Shown here one piece after another: positions 5,730 through 10,745 of a stretch of DNA of 10,745 nt. Below the pieces are notes generated by a model. That model made no database searches. It was given only the letters and a program-made list of their open reading frames with translations, and was not told where the DNA came from. Each line of letters starts with the position of its first letter. Positions within the stretch are counted from its first letter, which is position 1. Position numbers and translations under genes: made by a program. Origin of the DNA: Breznakia sp. PF5-3 (lineage in GTDB: Bacteria; Bacillota_I; Bacilli_A; Erysipelotrichales; Erysipelotrichaceae); assembly GCF_029504745.1 (NCBI RefSeq), contig NZ_JAQFIQ010000064.1, positions 1-10,745 of the forward strand. Reading direction: 5' to 3'.

Positions 5730-7592
5730 TTATTTTGCTTTCACTTTTATCCAAAGCTCAGCTAATACCTTTTTCATTTTCTCATTATAGTTAAAGATTT
5801 CATCTTTTTCATATCCGCTACGAGGAATATAAGCACTGTTCCCTTTAAACTCATTATTTGCTAATTTTTCTCTTACCTTTTCTACACTTGATGTATAGCC
5901 TACATAAGCAGAATTGCCTTCTGCTACACTCTCTTCAAGATTGTAGTTAATATATTCCTCAGCTAGTAAAGGACATGTACTATTCTTAGGAATTACCATT
6001 CCATCTGACCATAGATTTGTCCCTTCTAATGGTTCAAAATATTGCATCTTAGAATTTTCATCATGGATATAAGCAGCATCGCCACTATAAACAACAGCAA
6101 TATCCTTTTCACCATTGATCATTCCATCAATAACTTCATCTGTGACAATAACTGGATTATTTTCTTTCAACTCTTTAAGCCATTCATAAGCTTCATTGAT
6201 TTCTTTCTCATCCGTTGTATTCATAGAATATCCCAATGCTTTCAATGCCATCATGAAAGAATCTCTTTCACTATCATAAACATATATTCTACCCTTATAC
6301 TTAGGATTTTTTAAAACATTAAACCCTTCTTTTTCAACATCTTCTTTCTTCACTGTTTCACTATTGTAGATAATTCCTACACTTCCCCAAAAATATGGAA
6401 TACTATATTCATTTTTAGGGTCATAAGACAAATTCAACACTTCAGAAGATAATCCACCATAATTGGTAATATTTTTTAAATCAATCTTTTTCAACATGTC
6501 TTCTTGAATCATTCTTTCTATCATATAATCTGATGGAATTAATACATCATAACTCTCTCCACCTAACAGTTTTGTATACATTTCCTCATTGGAAGCAAAA
6601 ACAGAATAATTTACAGTTACATTATATTTTTCTTCAAACCCTGAAATTGTGTCTTCTCCTACATACTCCCCCCAATTAAATACATTTAACGTATTACAAC
6701 CATATTCTTTGATTGGATCTATCTCACTTGAAGCATTTCCTCGCAATGCATTCAATCCAGCAATCCCCAATCCTAAAACAATCGCTGAAATTACAAACAC
6801 ATGACGATATGATCGATTGGTATATCTCTTTTTTCGCATAGACACAAGGTTCACCACAACAAGAGCAACTGTAATAAATAGGACTATGATAGTTGATAAA
6901 GAGTTAATCGTTGGATTTACCCGTTTTGACATTGTATACACCATTATTGAAATATTATTAACGCCTTTTCCGGTTACAAAATAAGAGATAATAAAATCAT
7001 CAAATGACATTGTAAAAGCAATCAATGCTCCTGCTACAATTCCAGGCATCAATTGAGGTATCACTACTTTGCGAAGTGCATAAAAAGGGGTAGCTCCCAA
7101 ATCCATTGCAGCCTCTGCTAAATTTGGATCTAAACGTCGTATTCGTGGCATAACACTTAGCATCACATAAGGGATACAAAAAATAATATGAGATAAGAGT
7201 AAAGTGAAAAAACCTTTTTCAATATGTAATGAAGTAAAGAATAACATCAATCCAATAGCGGTAACAATCTCTGGATTCATAATTGGTAAATTATTGATTT
7301 GTATTACAATCTCCCGTAATATTTTCTTTGATCTTGAAAGTCCAATACTAGCCAATGTTCCAACAATCGTTGATACAACAGTTGCAATAATTGCAATCAA
7401 CAATGTATAGTAAATCGATTCCAGCATTGTCTTATTAGCAAACATTTGCTCATACCAACGAAGTGAAAATCCTGTAAACTTTGATAATGACTTAGAACTA
7501 TTAAAAGAAAAGAACATCATATATATGATAGGTAAATAAAAGAAGACAAGCATTCCACCTAAAAAGATTTTTGATCCAATTCGCTTTTTCAT
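5730..7592 (-). CDS. potCD: Spermidine/putrescine ABC transporter permease PotC fused to the substrate-binding protein PotD (620 aa)
   Basis: Residues 1-~255 form a six-TM permease with the EAA loop EAAMDLGATPFYALRKVVIP. An extra TM, HVFVISAIVLGLGIAGLNAL, covers residues ~263-283. Residues ~296-620 are PotD-like (NVFNWGEY..., YDVLIPSDYMIERM..., IPYFWGSVGIIYN..., LWSDGMVIPKNS...). The start overlaps the potB stop (TAATG). Confidence 0.85.
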   Translation of the reverse strand: MKKRIGSKIFLGGMLVFFYLPIIYMMFFSFNSSKSLSKFTGFSLRWYEQMFANKTMLESIYYTLLIAIIATVVSTIVGTLASIGLSRSKKILREIVIQINNLPIMNPEIVTAIGLMLFFTSLHIEKGFFTLLLSHIIFCIPYVMLSVMPRIRRLDPNLAEAAMDLGATPFYALRKVVIPQLMPGIVAGALIAFTMSFDDFIISYFVTGKGVNNISIMVYTMSKRVNPTINSLSTIIVLFITVALVVVNLVSMRKKRYTNRSYRHVFVISAIVLGLGIAGLNALRGNASSEIDPIKEYGCNTLNVFNWGEYVGEDTISGFEEKYNVTVNYSVFASNEEMYTKLLGGESYDVLIPSDYMIERMIQEDMLKKIDLKNITNYGGLSSEVLNLSYDPKNEYSIPYFWGSVGIIYNSETVKKEDVEKEGFNVLKNPKYKGRIYVYDSERDSFMMALKALGYSMNTTDEKEINEAYEWLKELKENNPVIVTDEVIDGMINGEKDIAVVYSGDAAYIHDENSKMQYFEPLEGTNLWSDGMVIPKNSTCPLLAEEYINYNLEESVAEGNSAYVGYTSSVEKVREKLANNEFKGNSAYIPRSGYEKDEIFNYNEKMKKVLAELWIKVKAK

Positions 7593-8416
7593 TACGAATC
7601 ACCACCATTCTTATCTAAGCGTTTCGTTAGATACATAGATACCATAATCAAAAGTGCCATGATTAAAGAAATTGCACTTCCAAAATTCCAATCTCCTGTC
7701 GAAACAAAATAGTTTTCAATCAGATTTCCAATTAGCAATTGTCCTCCCCCCAATAATTTTGGAATAAAGAAACTACTAACTGCTGGTAAGAATACAAGGG
7801 TAATTCCTGAAATCACACCTGGCAAGGACAATGGGAAAATAACTTTTTTAAATGTTTCAAAAGGAGTAGCTCCTAAGTCACTACTTGCTTCCAACAAACT
7901 TTTATCTAGTTTTGCCAAAGATGAATGAATTTGAAGAATCATAAATGGTAGAAAGTTATATACCATTCCTAAAATCACTGCAAATTCAGTATGAATCATA
8001 TGAACTTTTCCAACCCCAAAAAAACTTAAAATATTGTTGATGACACCATTGTCATTTAAAATGCCAATCCATGCATAAGTACGAACAAGCATATTAATCC
8101 ACATTGGTAATGTTATCAACAAAATAAAGAAACCATTGTGTTTTACATTCATTTTTGAAATTAGATATGCTGCTGGATACCCAATTAAAATACAGATTAC
8201 AGTTGTAATTAGAGCGATTCGAAACGAATCAATTAATACACCTAAAAATACATTATCTTGAAAAAAACGAATGAAATTCTCAAAAGTGAAATGAAATGTC
8301 ATAACATCATTTCCTTGTGAAGTAAAAGCATAAAGCAAAATTAATAGCATTGGTACAACCAAAAAAATACTAATCCATATAACATATGGTTGTATGAGTT
8401 TTTTATAACTTTTCAT
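7592..8416 (-). CDS. potB: Spermidine/putrescine ABC transporter permease PotB (274 aa)
   Basis: Multi-TM permease with the EAA loop EASSDLGATPFETFKKVIFP. Position between potA and potC. The ATG lies 1 nt after the potA stop. Confidence 0.85.
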   Translation of the reverse strand: MKSYKKLIQPYVIWISIFLVVPMLLILLYAFTSQGNDVMTFHFTFENFIRFFQDNVFLGVLIDSFRIALITTVICILIGYPAAYLISKMNVKHNGFFILLITLPMWINMLVRTYAWIGILNDNGVINNILSFFGVGKVHMIHTEFAVILGMVYNFLPFMILQIHSSLAKLDKSLLEASSDLGATPFETFKKVIFPLSLPGVISGITLVFLPAVSSFFIPKLLGGGQLLIGNLIENYFVSTGDWNFGSAISLIMALLIMVSMYLTKRLDKNGGDS

Positions 8417-8417
8417 G

Positions 8418-9989
8418 TTAGAACCCCATTTTTTCCATCACATGGATATCTTCTGGATCAAAATCAATTCCTACATGTGTATCAACAGTTGCATTTCTAG
8501 TTGTATGAATTTTAAACTCTCTACCTATTGTTGAAAACGATACAATATATTTTCCTGGTGTTAGTTCATCAACATCAAAATCATAATCAACATTTCTGAC
8601 TTCAATATCTTCATCTGTATCCAAATTCCAACTTACCGCATCTGCCCAAGTTCTCAAATCTGTATCCAACGCTTGGCTTTCCTGAATTTCATCTAGGGTA
8701 GTAAAAAAATCAAAAGCTGCAATCCCAATCCGCTTCTTTTCATCTGTTACATATTTTTGCTTTACCACAAAAATATCAACTTGAATCTTAGTACCTTTGC
8801 TCGTTGAGAAAGTAACTGGATAAGTTCCTGCTTCTGCTTTTATATCATACTCTATATTGGCAATCGACAAATAATCTTCACTTTCCGCATCCCATGCCTG
8901 TGCATCTGCTCTAGCGATAATATCGTCATCATTCAATTCTTCTAAATCTTGAATATCTAAATAGAAATTATTTGCTGATATGTATTCACCTGCTTCTTCA
9001 TTATATATAGGTTTCTTTTCATACACAGTCAATGTGACATCAACATGGCTTCCTCTCGATGTTTCGACAATAATTTCATTGTGCACGCCCTTAAACAAAA
9101 CAGATAATACTTTCCCATTCAATTTTCCTTTTCCCTTTTTCACAATATCTATATCTTCAGGACGAATCACAATATCAACATCTTCATTCTTTTTAAATCC
9201 AAAATCAACACATTCATAGTTATGCTCATCAAAAGCAACTAGATAATCTTCTTTCATGATTCCATCAATAATATTACTATCCCCAATAAAATTTGCCACA
9301 TATTCGTTTTCTGGCTCATTATAGATATCAGTTGGTGATCCAACTTGTTGGATTTCTCCATCTCTCATGACAACAATTTTATCTGACATTGTTAATGCCT
9401 CTTCTTGATCATGCGTCACATAGATAAACGTTATTCCTACTTCTTGTTGAATCTTTTTAAGCTCTAATTGCATTTCTTTTCTCAACTTTAAATCAAGTGC
9501 CCCTAAAGGTTCATCCAATAGCAAAACCTTTGGTTCATTTACAAGCGCACGAGCAATAGCAATACGTTGTTGTTGCCCACCAGAAAGTTGATCGACATTT
9601 CTCTCCTCGTACCCTTCCAAGCTTACTAGCTTCAACATTCTTGTAACTTTTTGACGAATAACATCATCACTCATTTTTTTGATTTTTAAGCCAAATGCTA
9701 CATTATCATAAATATTCATATGTGGAAACAATGCATATTTTTGAAATACGGTATTGAGTTCTCTTTTGTATGATGGAAGCTTTGAAATTTCTTCATTATC
9801 AAAAACAATACTGCCTTCATCTTGTTCCAAAAAACCTCCAAGAATTCTAAGTAATGTGGTTTTACCACAACCTGATGGTCCTAGTAAAGTTACAAATTCA
9901 TTTTCATAAATATCCAAATTAATACCTTTAAGAACCAATGTATCATCAAAGTTCTTAACGATATTTTTAAACTGTATCAATTTTTTCAT
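8418..9989 (-). CDS. potA: Spermidine/putrescine ABC transporter ATP-binding protein PotA with a ~175-aa insertion in the C-terminal TOBE domain (523 aa from the preferred start)
   Basis: Walker [10 protein letters not shown], signature LSGGQQQR, Walker B LLLDEP, H-loop VTHD. TOBE-like strands follow: [11 protein letters not shown]...[18 protein letters not shown]...[16 protein letters not shown] prefer the start at ATG 9989..9987 ([10 protein letters not shown]...) with GAGAGGA 8 nt upstream. The track start at 10031 would overlap the upstream gene by 28 nt and has no RBS that I can see. Confidence 0.88.
   Translation of the reverse strand: MKKLIQFKNIVKNFDDTLVLKGINLDIYENEFVTLLGPSGCGKTTLLRILGGFLEQDEGSIVFDNEEISKLPSYKRELNTVFQKYALFPHMNIYDNVAFGLKIKKMSDDVIRQKVTRMLKLVSLEGYEERNVDQLSGGQQQRIAIARALVNEPKVLLLDEPLGALDLKLRKEMQLELKKIQQEVGITFIYVTHDQEEALTMSDKIVVMRDGEIQQVGSPTDIYNEPENEYVANFIGDSNIIDGIMKEDYLVAFDEHNYECVDFGFKKNEDVDIVIRPEDIDIVKKGKGKLNGKVLSVLFKGVHNEIIVETSRGSHVDVTLTVYEKKPIYNEEAGEYISANNFYLDIQDLEELNDDDIIARADAQAWDAESEDYLSIANIEYDIKAEAGTYPVTFSTSKGTKIQVDIFVVKQKYVTDEKKRIGIAAFDFFTTLDEIQESQALDTDLRTWADAVSWNLDTDEDIEVRNVDYDFDVDELTPGKYIVSFSTIGREFKIHTTRNATVDTHVGIDFDPEDIHVMEKMGF
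8487..9017 (-). other. Insertion in the PotA TOBE domain made of two tandem ~75-85-aa Ig-like (Big_3-like) repeats
   Basis: Repeat 1 (~8763-8987): [73 protein letters not shown]. Repeat 2 (~8499-8732): [77 protein letters not shown]. Shared columns: ADA-x-x-W, D-x-x-x-x-N-[IV]-[ED]-YD-[IF], G-x-Y-x-V-[TS]-FST. Confidence 0.6.
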
Positions 9990-10003
9990 TTCCAAATCCT
10001 CTC

Positions 10004-10537
10004 TTAAAAATTTGGTGGCGAAATAATCCATAGAATTTCTGCTGTTCTATCTCCTTTATTTTTTAAATAATGGGTATGCTTCCCATTCAAATAAAATGTT
10101 TCTCCCTTATTCATCTTTTCTATTTTGCCACCATTTATTAGTTCTATTTCTCCATTTAAAACAAAGCCAAACTCTTCACCCTCATGTGGTTCAATCGGTG
10201 AAGATTCTGCATTCGGTGCTAACTTTAATATAATTGGTTCCATATCATTCTTTTGTGCGTTAGGAACAATAAACTTCGTGGTGGCACCATCTTTTTCATT
10301 AATATAGTAATCATCCTCGCCAAAGACAAAACGAGTATTCTTTTCCTCTTTAAAAAATTCACTTAAATTGGTTCCTAGTGCTTCCAATATATCTTCTAGT
10401 GTTGCAATAGAAGGAGAAGTAAGATCACGTTCTAGCTGACTTAAAAAACCTTTGGTAAGCTCACTTCGAGCTGCCAATTCTTCTAATGTTAAGTTATTTT
10501 TAGTTCTCAATTCTTTAATTTTTAAGCCGATATTCAT
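10004..10537 (-). CDS. XRE-family HTH + cupin-domain transcriptional regulator (PuuR-like architecture), first gene of the pot operon
   Basis: The N-terminal [54 protein letters not shown] is a typical HTH_3 motif. The C-terminal [44 protein letters not shown] is a cupin motif. AAGGAG precedes the ATG. The stop at 10006..10004 lies 14 nt before the potA ATG. Confidence 0.85.
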   Translation of the reverse strand: MNIGLKIKELRTKNNLTLEELAARSELTKGFLSQLERDLTSPSIATLEDILEALGTNLSEFFKEEKNTRFVFGEDDYYINEKDGATTKFIVPNAQKNDMEPIILKLAPNAESSPIEPHEGEEFGFVLNGEIELINGGKIEKMNKGETFYLNGKHTHYLKNKGDRTAEILWIISPPNF

Positions 10538-10550
10538 ACGTCTCCTTTCT

Positions 10551-10567
10551 GTTTAGTAATACTAAAC
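10551..10567. promoter_or_regulatory. Perfect 17-bp palindrome GTTTAGTA-A-TACTAAAC, candidate operator between the promoter and the regulator RBS
   Basis: Read directly: 8-bp arms with one central base. It sits between the putative -10 (10598-10603) and the RBS (10541-10547). A 1-nt loop rules out a full-length RNA hairpin, so a dimeric DNA-binding site is the better reading. Confidence 0.4.
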
Positions 10568-10597
10568 TTTCTTTGATTGTTTATTAAACCAATACTT

Positions 10598-10625
10598 ATT
10601 ATATATTCTTTTCAAAAAAATGCAA
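10598..10625 (-). promoter_or_regulatory. Candidate sigmaA promoter of the regulator-potABCD operon: TTGCAT-N16-TATAAT
   Basis: On the minus strand the -35 TTGCAT is at 10625..10620, the 16-nt spacer at 10619..10604 and the -10 TATAAT at 10603..10598, ~60 nt upstream of the ATG at 10537. Confidence 0.5.
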
Positions 10626-10745
10626 TATAATTACCATTGATTCTTATTTTTCCTTGATTATTAAACTTAAAGCAACAGGTTGTTGCATTAAGATGAAACC
10701 GGTATAGTAGAAGGAGCTTTGTGTTTTGTGAGAAAGGATAATATT

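Noticed and set aside
9990-10031. N-terminal 14-codon extension of potA in the track ([14 protein letters not shown]...)
   Set aside because: It would overlap the regulator gene by 28 nt and lacks an upstream SD. The internal ATG at 9989 has GAGAGGA 8 nt upstream and gives the usual short lead-in to the Walker A motif.
5407-10307. + strand ORFs 5407..5595, 6042..6314, 7204..7410, 8980..9219 and 10125..10307
   Set aside because: Each lies antisense inside a well-supported minus-strand gene (sigma, potCD, potCD, potA, regulator). They have no RBS and a low-complexity composition.
10637-10745. Possible divergent + strand gene start: TTGATT-N16-TATTAA at 10637-10664, small hairpin GCAACA-GGT-TGTTGC at 10671-10685, GAAGGAG at 10708-10714, then TTG (10717) or GTG (10726) open to the window end
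   Set aside because: At most ~9 codons lie inside the window, so neither the start nor a product can be supported.
1-10745. Mollicutes-type genetic code (TGA=Trp) or a defence/toxin-antitoxin island, considered because of the very low GC and PotA/PotCD oddities
   Set aside because: All six genes are open under the standard code, and the five complete ones all end in TAA. Recoding TGA is not needed. No nuclease, methyltransferase, toxin-antitoxin, abortive-infection or phage-type ORFs are visible on either strand.

Overview
AT-rich (about 30% GC by eye), standard-code, Bacillota-like chromosomal DNA. Every gene I can support is on the minus strand. In order of transcription (right to left): a sigmaA-type promoter plus a 17-bp palindrome; an XRE-HTH/cupin regulator (10537..10004); potA (9989..8418); potB (8416..7592); a potC::potD fusion (7592..5730); a hairpin+T-run terminator (5720..5662); an ECF-type sigma factor fused to a transmembrane helix and a ~165-aa C-terminal domain (5569..4292); and a very large secreted-protein gene (ATG at 4002, open to position 1, at least 1334 codons, runs off the window). 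That last gene is absent from the supplied ORF track. It encodes a signal peptide, an L-type-lectin-like domain, a DUF5011-like Ig domain, and Big_3-like Ig repeats arranged as an 813-bp three-domain cassette repeated about 2.3 times. Main leads: (1) the same ECF-style motif, AAAC-N17-CGTC, lies upstream of both the membrane-tethered sigma gene and the lectin-adhesin gene, which suggests a self-contained one-component sigma / surface-adhesin module. (2) PotA, a cytoplasmic ABC ATPase, carries a ~175-aa insertion in its C-terminal TOBE domain. The insertion consists of two tandem repeats resembling the Ig-type repeats of the neighbouring surface protein. (3) PotC is fused through an extra TM helix to the PotD binding protein. 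I saw no rRNA/tRNA genes, CRISPR arrays, transposases or integrases. All domain calls rest on reading the translations and recalling family consensus patterns; no searches were run.
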